DNA of 64,000 nucleotides from an uncultured Gammaproteobacteria bacterium (GTDB taxonomy: Bacteria > Patescibacteriota > Patescibacteriia > Patescibacteriales > UBA12465). Positions 43,158-53,665 of the stretch are shown piece by piece. Position numbers and translations under genes: made by a program. How positions within the stretch are numbered: position 1 is the first letter of the stretch; each line of letters opens with the position of its first letter. Below the pieces are notes generated by a model, which had not been told where the DNA came from, searched no databases, and was given only the letters and a program-made list of their open reading frames with translations. The stretch is taken from the NCBI GenBank assembly GCA_964639785.1, contig CAZXEE010000001.1, positions 51,832-115,831 of the forward strand, written 5' to 3'.

Positions 43158-46100
43158 TTGCTTATGTATCTAGAGAAATTAGAAATCCAGGGTTTCAAAT
43201 CTTTTGCCAACAAGAACACGTTGGTTTTTCCTGGTATCATCGAGGGTAATCGTCGTGGCTTGACCGCCATTGTCGGTCCTAACGGTTCCGGAAAATCCAA
43301 TACCGCGGATGCTGTCCGCTGGGCTTTAGGCGAGCAAAGCATCAAGACTTTGCGTGGCAAGAGGAGCGATGACGTCATCTTCTCCGGTTCGGATCAGAAG
43401 AGCCGTTTAGGTATGGCTGAGGTGTCTTTATATTTGAATAATGTCGATACCCGCCGCAAACCAAAACCAGTAGTGGAAGGAGAAGAACCGGCCCCGGAAG
43501 ACAAGATCGATTTATTATTGACCAAAGAACAGATTGTCATTACCCGTCGCATCTTCCGAGATGGAGAGAGCGAATACTTGATTAACAATACCCGGGCCAG
43601 ATTGACTGATATCCAGATGCTATTAGCTAAAGCCAGTTTCGGCCAGAAGACATACAGCGTTATCGGCCAAGGTATGGTGGAAGGATTCTTGAATACCAGC
43701 TTGTCGGAACGCAAGGACTTCTTTGATGAAGCGACCGGTGTCAAGCAATATCAGATCAAACGGGATATCGCTTTGAACAAGTTGCAGGGCAGCTATGAGA
43801 ACTTGAACCAGGTTGAAATACTATTGAATGAAATCGAACCTCGCTTGAAGAGCTTGACCCGCCAGGTTGATAAGCTGAAGAAGCGGGAAGAGATCGAAAC
43901 AGCTCTTAGTTCTTGGCGTAATAATTACTACGGTCATAATTGGCATGAACTCAATGACCGCTTGAATGAGCTTAATAACCGTTACCTGGAATTAGAGAAG
44001 AATAAGTTAGCCAAGGAAGATAAATTAGTTTCTCTTAACTCCGAATTGAGCCAGATAGAAAACCAGCCAGCTATCGGCGATGATTTCAATGAACTCCATC
44101 AGTCTTTGTCGCGTAAGCGGGAAGAAGAAGATGCCTTATCTCGACAAGTTAGCCGCTTGGAGAACTGGTTGAGAATGAAAGCGGAAATGCCGGAGAATAG
44201 CGATCCGCGCGAATTAGAAAAGACTAAAGCTGGACTCATCGCTCAGATCGAGACTTTGCAGGTAGAAATTGAAACCGCTAAGAATCAGGCGGGCGATTCA
44301 GCTGACTTGGAAACCAAGCGAAGAAAGCTGTCAGAATTACAATCAGAAAGAGATAGTTCAGAAAAAGAATTGTCCAAATTGAATGCTTGGTTGGAAATGA
44401 AGATGGAGTCATCCGGCCAATTCGACTTGTCATTCTTGAATAATAAGAAACAGGAATTGACCAAGGAGATGGTTGTGGCCGACGAAGAAATGATTGAGAT
44501 CCAGAATTTCGTTTCAACCAATCGTAATAAATTATCCCAATTAGTTTCCGAGAGAGAAGCTTTGACAGCCAAGATCTCTGATGAGAACAAGGCTTTGAGA
44601 GCGGTCAGCTTGGAAGTGGGAGACAGCGAGATCCAGAAGATCAATGAGCAATTGAAAGCTTCCTTGGACAAGTTGGAATCAGCTGAAAAAGAGTCTGATT
44701 TGGAAAAGATCAAGGCGGCCTTGAATGAAATCCGAGCTGATATCAATGCTATCTTAGAATTATCAACCGGTGCCAAAGGCCAGACCGAATTGAGCCAGAT
44801 CCAAGCCAAATTGGAAACTTTGACCCAGGAAAGAGAAGTTTTGAACACCAAGATTAACGATCTGAATCTGGAGATTTCCGCCAAAGAACAATTATCCCGT
44901 TTGCTAGCTGATAAGAAGCGCCAGACCGAAAAAGAATTATCCGGCATCTCGCAGAAACTATCCCAGAGCCAGACTAGCGTTGACACTAAGGAAGTTGAAA
45001 AGAAAAAATCCGATCTGGAAAGCAGCGTTAACGCTCTCAATGAACAGATTAAATCTTGGCGTGAAGAATTGGAGATCATTAATCGGAAATCAGCGGAAGA
45101 GCGCGAAGCTTTATATAGCAAGCAGAAAGAATTGCAGCATTTTCAGAACCAAGTTAATACTATCAATAACCAGCTGAATGAAATCAGGATCAGTTTTGCT
45201 AAGTATGAGACCAGATTGGAAGATTTGGAATCGGCTTTGAAGAAGAATCGGATTAGTGATGAATTATCAGAGATCAATGACGCTAATGTCGGGAAAGAGA
45301 AATCAGTCATTGCTGGACGCCTTGCTTCTTTGCGTCAGGAAATCGCTTCTTTGCGCGAACGGATCGACAGATTCAATGCTGAACAGCAGAACAAGCGCGA
45401 CCATCTTTTGGGACTGCAGAAGAATATCCAGAGCTTGCAGTATGAGATCAATGGATTGGGAGGAGAATTGAATGACTTGAAAGTCAGTGCTGCTCGGCAA
45501 GAAACCAAATTAGAAGATTTGGAAAATAATATCAGAGCTAATGAATTAGACTTGGCTGCTATCCGTAACAAGAAACCAGAAGGCGAAATTGATTTGGCTC
45601 AAGCCGAGGAAGAGATTGAACGATTGAAGCGCCAATTAGATATGATCGGCGGTATTGATCCGGAAATTGCCAAGGAATATGAGAGTACCAAGGAGCGTTA
45701 TGATTTCCTTTTCACCCAGACTAACGATTTGAATGAAGCTATCAAGTCTTTGGAAAAGATCATCTATGAATTAGACCTGACCATCAAGGAAAAGTTTGAT
45801 ACTGAATTTAAGGTTATCTCTGAGAAATTCTCTGAGTACTTCAAGATATTGTTCAATGGCGGTTCGGCTCGGATCGTCAAGGTGATGGAGACTGATGAGG
45901 AAACTAAAGAAAAGAAAGTTGATGCTGAAATGGAGGAAGACGAGAGATCAGTTGTCTTAAACCAGAAGCAAGTAGATTATAACAACCTTAATAAGATTAA
46001 GTTTTTGAAGAAGCATAATGCTACCGGTTTGGCTGGTATCGAGATTGAAGCTACCCCTCCAGGCAAAAAGATCAGATCAGTCTCTATGCTTTCTGGCGGT

Positions 46101-46382
46101 GAGCGAGCTTTGACAGCTATCGCTTTGATCAGTGCTATCATCAGTGCCAATCCTTCGCCATTCGTCGTTTTGGACGAGGTTGATGCCGCTTTAGATGAAG
46201 CTAATTCGGAGCGTTTGGCCAAGATTTTAGATGATTTGTCCGATAAGACCCAGTTTATCGTCATTACCCATAACCGAGCCTCGATGCGCAAAGCCAGTAT
46301 CTTATATGGCGTCACCATGCAAGCCGATGGCATTTCCCAGCTCTTGAGCGTTAAATTGGAAGACGTTAAGACGGACCGTTAG
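43158..46382 (+). CDS. smc: Chromosome partition protein Smc
   Basis: N-terminal Walker A (GPNGSGKSN), long coiled coils with a hinge, and C-terminal LSGGE..ALDE Walker B/signature. The start is possibly M3 (43164). Confidence 0.95.
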   Translation: MLMYLEKLEIQGFKSFANKNTLVFPGIIEGNRRGLTAIVGPNGSGKSNTADAVRWALGEQSIKTLRGKRSDDVIFSGSDQKSRLGMAEVSLYLNNVDTRRKPKPVVEGEEPAPEDKIDLLLTKEQIVITRRIFRDGESEYLINNTRARLTDIQMLLAKASFGQKTYSVIGQGMVEGFLNTSLSERKDFFDEATGVKQYQIKRDIALNKLQGSYENLNQVEILLNEIEPRLKSLTRQVDKLKKREEIETALSSWRNNYYGHNWHELNDRLNELNNRYLELEKNKLAKEDKLVSLNSELSQIENQPAIGDDFNELHQSLSRKREEEDALSRQVSRLENWLRMKAEMPENSDPRELEKTKAGLIAQIETLQVEIETAKNQAGDSADLETKRRKLSELQSERDSSEKELSKLNAWLEMKMESSGQFDLSFLNNKKQELTKEMVVADEEMIEIQNFVSTNRNKLSQLVSEREALTAKISDENKALRAVSLEVGDSEIQKINEQLKASLDKLESAEKESDLEKIKAALNEIRADINAILELSTGAKGQTELSQIQAKLETLTQEREVLNTKINDLNLEISAKEQLSRLLADKKRQTEKELSGISQKLSQSQTSVDTKEVEKKKSDLESSVNALNEQIKSWREELEIINRKSAEEREALYSKQKELQHFQNQVNTINNQLNEIRISFAKYETRLEDLESALKKNRISDELSEINDANVGKEKSVIAGRLASLRQEIASLRERIDRFNAEQQNKRDHLLGLQKNIQSLQYEINGLGGELNDLKVSAARQETKLEDLENNIRANELDLAAIRNKKPEGEIDLAQAEEEIERLKRQLDMIGGIDPEIAKEYESTKERYDFLFTQTNDLNEAIKSLEKIIYELDLTIKEKFDTEFKVISEKFSEYFKILFNGGSARIVKVMETDEETKEKKVDAEMEEDERSVVLNQKQVDYNNLNKIKFLKKHNATGLAGIEIEATPPGKKIRSVSMLSGGERALTAIALISAIISANPSPFVVLDEVDAALDEANSERLAKILDDLSDKTQFIVITHNRASMRKASILYGVTMQADGISQLLSVKLEDVKTDR

Positions 46383-46404
46383 AATATAACCAGATTTAGA
46401 TTAG

Positions 46405-46431
46405 AAGCCGCAAGCCATTTGCGGCTTTTTT
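46405..46431 (+). terminator. Rho-independent terminator after smc
   Basis: aagccgcaa-gccat-ttgcggctt-tttt. Confidence 0.75.
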
Positions 46432-46485
46432 GATTGTCTATCGTTATTTTTTCTGTTATAATATAAACAGCTTATTTTAACTATT

Positions 46486-47856
46486 ATGAACAAAAAAATC
46501 ATCACTCTTTTTTTGCTTTTTGCTTTTATCATGACCTCTGGTTTCGGCTGCAAGCAGAGCGCTCAGCAGACCCAGGAAGCCATGAAGCCAGTGACTCTCA
46601 ATATCTGGGGGGTTTGGGATAATTCTGACGACCTAGCTCCAATCATCGCCAGTTACAAGGCCTTGCATCCTTTTATAACTATTAATTACCGCAAGTTCCG
46701 TTATAATGAATATGAATCCGAATTGTTGAATGCTTTTGCGGAAGATCGCGGTCCGGACATATTTTCCATCAACAATACTTGGGTTCGAAAATATCAGAGC
46801 AAGTTGACTCCGGCTCCAGCTCAGATCCCGATGGTCTATCCGGTCACCCAAGGCACTATCCAGAAGCAAGTAGTGGCTGAGACTCGGATTACCCAGAGCT
46901 TGACCCCGAAGAACGTCAAGGATAATTTTGTCGATACAGTCTACGATGATGTCATTATTGACGGCAAGATGTATGGTCTGCCGATGTCTTTGGATACCTT
47001 GGTGATGTATTATAATCGCGATTTGCTTAATAATGCTGGCATTACTGATATCCCAGCCTATTGGAATCGGGAATTCCAGCAGACAGTTAAACGTCTGACC
47101 AAGCAGGACTTGAAGGGCAACATCATCCAATCTGGCGTCGCTTTGGGAGGCAGCCGTAATATCGAAAGGTATAGCGATATTTTATCTGTGCTGATGATAC
47201 AGAATGGAGCTCAGATGACTACTAATAATAATGTTTCATTCCAGCTGGTTCCGGAAGGATCTAAGACCCAGGATTATAATCCGGGTTATTCGGCTTTGCG
47301 TTTCTATACCGATTTTTCTAATCCGGTAAAAGAGGTTTATTCTTGGAACAATGATTTAGATAGTTCTGTCGATTCTTTTGTTAGCGGCAAGCTGGCTTTC
47401 ATGTTCGGCTATGCTTATCATTTGCCGACCATCAAGACTCGAGCTCCTAAATTGAATTTTGGCATTGCTAAATTGCCTCAGATTGAAGGTTCTACAGCTG
47501 ATATTAATTTTGCTAATTATTGGGTAAATGTCGTTTCCAAGAAAAGCCAATATACCAATGAAGCTTGGGATTTTGTCCAATATATGGCTAAAGCTGAACA
47601 GGTTAAGCCATATTTGGCTAGCGTCAAGAAGCCAACCGCTTTGAGGTCTTTGATTAAGGAACAGCGGGAAGATCCGGAGATCGGAGTCTTTGCCGATGAG
47701 GTCTTAACAGCTCGGAGCTGGTATCGAGGTTATAATCCGGTTGCCGCTGAAGAGGCTTTTGCTGATATGATCGATCAGTCGATCAGCGACGAAACTGAGA
47801 TTCCGGATGCTATGGGTCTGGCGGCTAGCCGTATCCAACAAACTTTGAGTCAATAA
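46486..47856 (+). CDS. ABC-transporter extracellular solute-binding lipoprotein (sugar-type), orphan
   Basis: Lipobox FGC, with SBP_bac_1-like length and composition. No permease or ATPase gene is adjacent. Confidence 0.7.
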   Translation: MNKKIITLFLLFAFIMTSGFGCKQSAQQTQEAMKPVTLNIWGVWDNSDDLAPIIASYKALHPFITINYRKFRYNEYESELLNAFAEDRGPDIFSINNTWVRKYQSKLTPAPAQIPMVYPVTQGTIQKQVVAETRITQSLTPKNVKDNFVDTVYDDVIIDGKMYGLPMSLDTLVMYYNRDLLNNAGITDIPAYWNREFQQTVKRLTKQDLKGNIIQSGVALGGSRNIERYSDILSVLMIQNGAQMTTNNNVSFQLVPEGSKTQDYNPGYSALRFYTDFSNPVKEVYSWNNDLDSSVDSFVSGKLAFMFGYAYHLPTIKTRAPKLNFGIAKLPQIEGSTADINFANYWVNVVSKKSQYTNEAWDFVQYMAKAEQVKPYLASVKKPTALRSLIKEQREDPEIGVFADEVLTARSWYRGYNPVAAEEAFADMIDQSISDETEIPDAMGLAASRIQQTLSQ

Positions 47857-47865
47857 TTTACCAAT

Positions 47866-48381
47866 ATGAAAAATATTTTTAATAGAAAATTCTCATTAAT
47901 ATCGGTCTTAGCAGCAGCCTTAATCTTGGCCCCTTCTGTAGCTTATGGAGCTTTAGTTACCAATACTAATCCGACCGAATTAAATGATGGAGTCCAACTG
48001 ATGGTAAACGTGGCTAATTGGATTTTGGGTATAGTCGGATCCCTAGCCTTGTTAATGTTCGTGATTGGCGGTTTTATGTTTTTGATTTCTGCCGGAAATT
48101 CTAAGACTGTAGATAAAGGCAAGAGTATTTTGATCAGTTCGGTCGTCGGTTTAGTAATCGTCTTTTGTAGCTATATGATTATCCAGTTCTCCATGTCAGC
48201 CATGGGTCTCAAGTGGTCTGGAACGACAGCCGTTCCAAAGTCTATCAGTACTGTACCTGATAAATGTGATTCCCTGAAGGACCAGGGTTATAGCTGTATG
48301 AATAAGGCTAATGGTAAGAATTGTAAAACCGGTTTCTGTGCTTCTCAACCTAAGGATGTTTTGTGCTGCCAACCTAATTAA
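47866..48381 (+). CDS. VirB2/TrbC-like (T4SS-pilin-like) small membrane protein with 6-Cys C-terminal extension
   Basis: Signal peptide, TM1, loop GGFMFLISAGNSKTVDKGK, TM2, then CDSLKDQGYSCMNKANGKNCKTGFCASQPKDVLCCQPN. Confidence 0.6.
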   Translation: MKNIFNRKFSLISVLAAALILAPSVAYGALVTNTNPTELNDGVQLMVNVANWILGIVGSLALLMFVIGGFMFLISAGNSKTVDKGKSILISSVVGLVIVFCSYMIIQFSMSAMGLKWSGTTAVPKSISTVPDKCDSLKDQGYSCMNKANGKNCKTGFCASQPKDVLCCQPN

Positions 48382-48392
48382 TTAATTAATCT

Positions 48393-49061
48393 ATGACTGC
48401 TTTTACCGCCCGTCAGGTCTTGTCCGAATATAAAAGTATCGGTGACCAATTACGTTCGACTCGTCTGCAGAAAGGATGGAGTGTTGAAGATATTTCTAGA
48501 AAATTAAAGGTTAAGCCGGAATACGTCAATGCTTTAGAAGATGAAGAATATGCTTTTTTGCCAGGCGGTATCTACGGAAAGATATTCTTAAAGAAGTATG
48601 TTGGTCTCTTGGGGCTAGACTATAAGAATATCGTGAAGAATTTTGTTAAGGAAAGAAAGATTTATGCCGGCGAAGCAGAGGATGTTTTTTCCAAGAAGGT
48701 GATCAAGAAGCATAAGCTGATAGTTTTTCCTAAGCTTTTCCGTAATGCCCTTGTCATCCTGGCGATTATCACTTGTGTCCTTTATCTGGGAATCTACCTA
48801 AAGAAGATTACGGCTGCTCCTGATTTGCAAATCTTAGAGCCTTCCGGCAACAAGGTGCAAACCGAATTAAGCATCAATATCAAAGGTGAGACTGAACCGG
48901 AGAGCGAGGTGGCTATCAATGGCCAGGTGGTCCTGATTGACAAGAGCGGCGGGTTTTCTCAAACCATTGCCCTGAAGAAAGGCGTCAATATTATCGTCGT
49001 TAAAGCTAAAAAAAAATATAGCCGGGAACAGACCGTTACCCGCCAAATATTAGTGGAATAA
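48393..49061 (+). CDS. RodZ-like helix-turn-helix membrane protein
   Basis: N-terminal HTH (LRSTRLQKGWSVEDISRKLKV...YV.ALE), a central TM helix and a beta-rich C-terminal domain. Confidence 0.65.
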   Translation: MTAFTARQVLSEYKSIGDQLRSTRLQKGWSVEDISRKLKVKPEYVNALEDEEYAFLPGGIYGKIFLKKYVGLLGLDYKNIVKNFVKERKIYAGEAEDVFSKKVIKKHKLIVFPKLFRNALVILAIITCVLYLGIYLKKITAAPDLQILEPSGNKVQTELSINIKGETEPESEVAINGQVVLIDKSGGFSQTIALKKGVNIIVVKAKKKYSREQTVTRQILVE

Positions 49062-49065
49062 AAAT

Positions 49066-49611
49066 ATGATTACTAAGAATACTTTACTGAATGTTGATTT
49101 GATCCTGAAAGAATTGCCGGAAAAAGATCATTTACAGGTGGCTGATTTAGGTTGTGGCAATTTCGGATTTTTTGTTTTTCCCTTGGCCCATCTAGTTGGA
49201 AAACAGGGCAAGGTTTATGCCGTTGATATTATCAAAAGTGCCTTGGATGACATTTCTCGCCGGGCTCGTTTAGAAAATCTGACTCAAGTCGAGACCGTTT
49301 GGAGCAATTTGGAGATTTATGGAGCTACTAAAATAGAGGCTGGTCAATTGGATGCTGCCTTGATGATTAATACCCTTTATCAGGCCAAGAACAGTCTTGA
49401 CATGCTCCGTGAAAGCATTAGAATGATAAAACCAGGAGGTAAATTGATAGTCGTTGAATGGGATGACGAGCATCCTTTCGGCCCAGCTAAGGAACAGCAT
49501 ATCAAAGAGGCCAAGTTAAAAACGACCCTCGGTAAATTGGATTTGGAATTAGAATCAGAATTCAATCCGGGTAAGTTCCATTACGGCCTGGTCTTTAAAA
49601 AACTAAACTAA
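49066..49611 (+). CDS. Class I SAM-dependent methyltransferase
   Basis: Motif I VADLGCGNFGF and a post-I acidic residue (AVDI). Confidence 0.75.
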   Translation: MITKNTLLNVDLILKELPEKDHLQVADLGCGNFGFFVFPLAHLVGKQGKVYAVDIIKSALDDISRRARLENLTQVETVWSNLEIYGATKIEAGQLDAALMINTLYQAKNSLDMLRESIRMIKPGGKLIVVEWDDEHPFGPAKEQHIKEAKLKTTLGKLDLELESEFNPGKFHYGLVFKKLN

Positions 49612-49616
49612 TAATT

Positions 49617-50003
49617 ATGGGAGATTTGTTAACTTTACATTTTTGGTTCAATTATTATTACATTCCTTTGTCTGATCGGGCTAAGATTATCTTGATGTCT
49701 TTTGCTGCTCTTTTGTTGGTTGGATCTTTCGTCATGTTTTTTTTGAAAAAGAAAAAAGATTTATATTCAAAATTGCGCGATAGCTTGTTCAATTTCTTCT
49801 TGACTAACGTGATCATCTCCGCTTTTTTGGGATTTTTTATCTATGAAGAAGTGCCTTTCTTTTCCTCTCATTTTTGGATGTTGCTGTGGTTGATCGAAAT
49901 GGCTATCTGGGGTTGGAACTTGTTTAAAGGATTCAAGAAGATTCCGGCTATCAAGAAACGAACAGAAGAGCAGAAGAATTTCAGCAAGTATCTGCCAAAA
50001 TAA
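49617..50003 (+). CDS. Hypothetical 3-TM membrane protein
   Basis: 128 aa, hydrophobic, operon-packed. Confidence 0.5.
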   Translation: MGDLLTLHFWFNYYYIPLSDRAKIILMSFAALLLVGSFVMFFLKKKKDLYSKLRDSLFNFFLTNVIISAFLGFFIYEEVPFFSSHFWMLLWLIEMAIWGWNLFKGFKKIPAIKKRTEEQKNFSKYLPK

Positions 50004-50050
50004 ATCATTAGATCAGTTTATATAAAAATGGCTCTTAATCGGAGCCATTT

Positions 50051-50818
50051 TTATTTTTTTATATTTTTGATTATCTTGGGTAATCGTTGCTTTAGCTTGA
50101 GAAGATTCCGGAACATCTTGCTGGAGTCATGTAGCAGCTTAACTTTGCTTTTGCGTTTGTCATAGCGATTTTCTTGCCAATTGACCGGTATTTCCTTTAT
50201 CTTGTAGCCGGCAGCTTTGCTGATGGCTATCATTTCAGTATCGAAAAACCAATGGGGGTCTTCTAGGTAAGGAGCGATGGACAGGAAGGCTGGTTTGGTG
50301 ATAGCCTTGAAGCCGCATTGCATGTCGGATAGCCGGTGTCCTAATAATAGTCGGGCGAGGACGTTATAGGTTTGGGAGCTTAGTTCCCTAATAAAAGAGC
50401 GTTCTATCTTGGAGTCTGGCAAGAGACGAGAGCCGACCGCCAGCTGGTATTCGCCGTCGAGGATCGGTTGGATTAAGCGCGGGATAGCTTCTAGGGAAAC
50501 TGCCAGATCGATATCCATATAAACGAAAATATCAGCTTGGCTGGAAAGCCAATAGCGTTTCAAGGCTTGGCCGCGTCCGGGTTGGCTGATATTTTGGAAG
50601 CTTATTTTTCCGGGAAATTCTTGGCTTAGGCTGTGGGCAATAGCCGGGGAGGAATCAGATGAGCCATTGATGACGATTACTATCTGCCAGTCGAAAGGAA
50701 AATCTTGGCTAATTAAAAAATCGTATAGCTTGCGACTGCTGTCAGCCAGGATTTTTTCTTCATTATAAATTGGCAGGCAGAATTCGATTCTCATATTATT
50801 TCTTAATAGCATAGCCAT
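50051..50818 (-). CDS. Family 2 glycosyltransferase, polyprenyl-phosphate sugar synthase-like (DPM1/GtrB/ArnC type)
   Basis: FCLPIYNEE, INGSSDSS and the MDIDLA (DxD) motif. Soluble, ~255 aa, as in Dpm1/GtrB catalytic domains. Confidence 0.75.
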   Translation of the reverse strand: MAMLLRNNMRIEFCLPIYNEEKILADSSRKLYDFLISQDFPFDWQIVIVINGSSDSSPAIAHSLSQEFPGKISFQNISQPGRGQALKRYWLSSQADIFVYMDIDLAVSLEAIPRLIQPILDGEYQLAVGSRLLPDSKIERSFIRELSSQTYNVLARLLLGHRLSDMQCGFKAITKPAFLSIAPYLEDPHWFFDTEMIAISKAAGYKIKEIPVNWQENRYDKRKSKVKLLHDSSKMFRNLLKLKQRLPKIIKNIKK

Positions 50819-51533
50819 AGAGACTGAGTCCCCAGGGTAGCCTGAATCCTTTATTGATCGCTCTGGTTTCAGCAGCTAGCAGTCGGTATAAGAAGCTATT
50901 CAATAGTTTGGGTAATGGCTTGGTATCGGAATCGGCTTGGTTTTTGGGGGTTATGATTTTTTTTATCAACCTCATTAATATAATAGCTGGAAACATCCAA
51001 GAATTCCAATATCCGATCAATTTTATTTCTAAGCCGCCTTGGTTTAACTTTTTTTTAATCTCTTTTCGGCTATAGCGGCGATAATGGCTGGCGGCTCGGT
51101 CATGCGGACCGAAAAGCCAAGGGGTAGCCGGAACGCTGAATAAAAATAGGCCATTAGGCTTGAGAGCTTGAGCAATCTTTTCCAAGGCCGCTTGGTCGTC
51201 TCGGAGATGTTCCAAAACATCGAAGCAGGCGATGGCGTCAGTTGTGTTTTCTTCCAGGGTCTCAGTTTCTATATTATGGACTCGGCCAGAGAAACCAGCT
51301 TTTTTGATTTCAGCAATGCTTTCTGGAACCAGATCTAATCCTTCCACTGATCCATATTGGGCTAGGAGCGGAAGCTGGACTCCGGTGCCGCAGCCAATTT
51401 CGATTATCCGGCGTTCAGGGTCATTATTCTTCAAGGCTGTTTGCAACAGATTGGAAATCAAAAGACGCCGGGCTCTATACCAGAAATGCTCTTCTTTGGC
51501 TGTTTGTAGTTTTTGGAAATCGCGGTAGTCCAT
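50796..51533 (-). CDS. Class I SAM-dependent methyltransferase
   Basis: Motif I IIEIGCGTGVQ and FDVLEHL. Overlaps the GT2 gene by 23 nt. Confidence 0.8.
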   Translation of the reverse strand: MDYRDFQKLQTAKEEHFWYRARRLLISNLLQTALKNNDPERRIIEIGCGTGVQLPLLAQYGSVEGLDLVPESIAEIKKAGFSGRVHNIETETLEENTTDAIACFDVLEHLRDDQAALEKIAQALKPNGLFLFSVPATPWLFGPHDRAASHYRRYSRKEIKKKLNQGGLEIKLIGYWNSWMFPAIILMRLIKKIITPKNQADSDTKPLPKLLNSFLYRLLAAETRAINKGFRLPWGLSLYGYAIKK

Positions 51534-51547
51534 TTGGAGTCGATTAT

Positions 51548-53209
51548 TTATTTTCGTATATAGATCTTGGCGATATTATCGGAGTGGACCATTTTCCATT
51601 CCGAGCTGCCATCCAGATATTGTTTTAAAGTGTTGGGCTGATTGAAATCAGTCTCATTCATGAATAAAAAATTCTTTTCAAACCAGCTGAGCTTTGTTGG
51701 CTGGGAATTGTCATATAATAATACAATTTGGATCTGATGTTTTTCCAGCTGGCTTTGGGCCCGGTTTTCTTCAAAAAAATCCCAATATTCTTCTAGCAGA
51801 GAGCGGTTTTCATAGTTAGCTTGGGGTAAGCGGCCATCGATGAATAGTTGTTTTTCCGGCCAGGTCCAGATGAGGAAGCCGCCCCAGCCGAAGTTGTTAA
51901 ATAATTTTAGGTCTCGATACTCCGGATTTGATTTCAAGATAGAAATGGCTTGGCAAGGGAAAAGGAATTCGTTCTGTCGGGAAGATTTTTTATTCTCACA
52001 GAAAGAATCAAATGGATCGTTGATAAAATTAGTGGAAATTATGACATTCAATGAGACAATCAAAAAACAGAAGAAGAGAAAGAGATTGATCAAGATATTA
52101 TTGCTCCGGCTTTTGAAATATTTGAAATTTACCGCCTTGAGCCCCAGAAAATCAGTGATGAAAGCTATGAGCCAAGGAGCGGAAATTATAAACAACAAAG
52201 GGAAATGCCGGCGGGATTTGATGGCCATAATGGTAAATCCGACTATTATTCCCATCTGCCAGAGGTCTAATTTCTGGTTAGATTTCTTTTGGCAGATATA
52301 GATCAAGTTGATCAATAAAGCTGAGATTACGATGCCGATAAAGATACACTGCCAATAGACATACGGGTAATTCCATTGCGGTAGCCATTCTAGGATGTAG
52401 TTAAAGTAGAAGGTGTTGGTGTAGGTGCCGAAGAATTCATATAGTTTAATCCCATAGGGGGTGAAGAAAGTGGTGGTTAGGGCGCCAAGGGAAATCAAAG
52501 AGTAGGTTCCAATCTGCTTCAGGGTTAGGACATTTTTGAAATCCATAAATTTCCAATCCAGGAATCGATGCAATATGTGTTCGGTGATCTTGGCCGCGAA
52601 GAACAAGAAGAGAATTACCCAGCCGGCTAAGAACCCGCCGTGGGTGTTAGCCCAGAAATAGAATAGAGGCAGGAGCCACAAGAGAGTGGTCCAGCGTTTG
52701 TTTTTGTTATAATAATATAGGATAAGAGAAAGCAAGAGAACGCACAAGAAAGTGATTTCTTGCATCCTGACGCCGAAATGCGGGATAAAGGCTATTATCC
52801 CCATGATCTCAATTAAGATGAACAACCAGATATTTGTTCTTTCTTTGGTATATTCTTTGATGATAAAACGATTGAGAATCAGGAGGGACAATAAAGGTAT
52901 AAGGGCAAAGATGATGTTGATGGCTAGATAGCCCCAATTGGTATAAACCCAATAGACGGCGGCATTAGCTAGCCATTCATGGTCCACCCAAGATTGCCCG
53001 GAAAGTGTATAGTCGACTTGGTTAATAGTGGGGACTTTGTTGGTTGAGATGATTTCCTCCCCGGTTTTTAGATGCCAGCCGAAATCCGGGTCTAAGTATG
53101 AGTACGAATGCTTTAAAAATAAGGCAAAAACTAAAATATAGAACAGCATCCAGATAATCGTACTAAACTTTAATAAAGAGGTTTTTTTCATATAAGTTAA
53201 GTCTAACAT
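51548..53209 (-). CDS. Polytopic membrane protein, putative GT-C-fold glycosyltransferase
   Basis: 553 aa with about 12 TM helices. An acidic first-loop motif YLDPDFGWHL follows TM1, and there is a C-terminal soluble domain (FNNFGWGGFLIWTWPEKQLFIDGR). The family assignment is inferred, not recognised. Confidence 0.55.
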   Translation of the reverse strand: MLDLTYMKKTSLLKFSTIIWMLFYILVFALFLKHSYSYLDPDFGWHLKTGEEIISTNKVPTINQVDYTLSGQSWVDHEWLANAAVYWVYTNWGYLAINIIFALIPLLSLLILNRFIIKEYTKERTNIWLFILIEIMGIIAFIPHFGVRMQEITFLCVLLLSLILYYYNKNKRWTTLLWLLPLFYFWANTHGGFLAGWVILFLFFAAKITEHILHRFLDWKFMDFKNVLTLKQIGTYSLISLGALTTTFFTPYGIKLYEFFGTYTNTFYFNYILEWLPQWNYPYVYWQCIFIGIVISALLINLIYICQKKSNQKLDLWQMGIIVGFTIMAIKSRRHFPLLFIISAPWLIAFITDFLGLKAVNFKYFKSRSNNILINLFLFFCFLIVSLNVIISTNFINDPFDSFCENKKSSRQNEFLFPCQAISILKSNPEYRDLKLFNNFGWGGFLIWTWPEKQLFIDGRLPQANYENRSLLEEYWDFFEENRAQSQLEKHQIQIVLLYDNSQPTKLSWFEKNFLFMNETDFNQPNTLKQYLDGSSEWKMVHSDNIAKIYIRK

Positions 53210-53284
53210 ATTTGTTTTTATTTTAAAAATGTGCTATTATTTAAATAATAATATTAACAATTAAAACTAGAAAGGCGGTGAACT

Positions 53285-53665
53285 ATGAATAAAAAAATCA
53301 TGAAGAATTTATTATCTTTTGCTATCTTAACAGTCGGTGGCGTTTTGCTGTTCGGCTTGAGAGCTCATGCTCTTGATGTCGGCGTTAATGAAATCAGTGA
53401 ACAAATCCAATTGGGTAGTGAAGATCCTAGAAAGATCATTGCTCGTATTATCAATACTGCTATGATGTTCTTGGGTATCATCGCTGTTGTTATCATCTTG
53501 TTAGGTGGTTTCAAATGGATGACTGCCGCTGGTAACGAAGATAAGGTCTCTGAGTCTAAAAAATTGATGGGTGCCGGTGTTATCGGTTTAGTCATCATCT
53601 TAGCTTCTTGGGGTATCGCTTCTTTCGTATTGAATCAACTTATCAATGCGACAAATAATTCTTAG
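53285..53665 (+). CDS. VirB2/TrbC-like (T4SS-pilin-like) small membrane protein, paralog 1
   Basis: Signal peptide, TM1, LGGFKWMTAAGNEDKVSESKK loop, TM2 (GVIGLVIILASWGIASF). Confidence 0.7.
   Translation: MNKKIMKNLLSFAILTVGGVLLFGLRAHALDVGVNEISEQIQLGSEDPRKIIARIINTAMMFLGIIAVVIILLGGFKWMTAAGNEDKVSESKKLMGAGVIGLVIILASWGIASFVLNQLINATNNS

Noticed and set aside
44285-45121. 278-aa minus-strand ORF (with several shorter ones) inside smc
   Set aside because: It lies entirely antisense to the confidently identified smc coiled-coil region. Its Ser/Leu-rich low-complexity product is the usual mirror of Glu/Lys/Leu-rich coiled-coil coding DNA.
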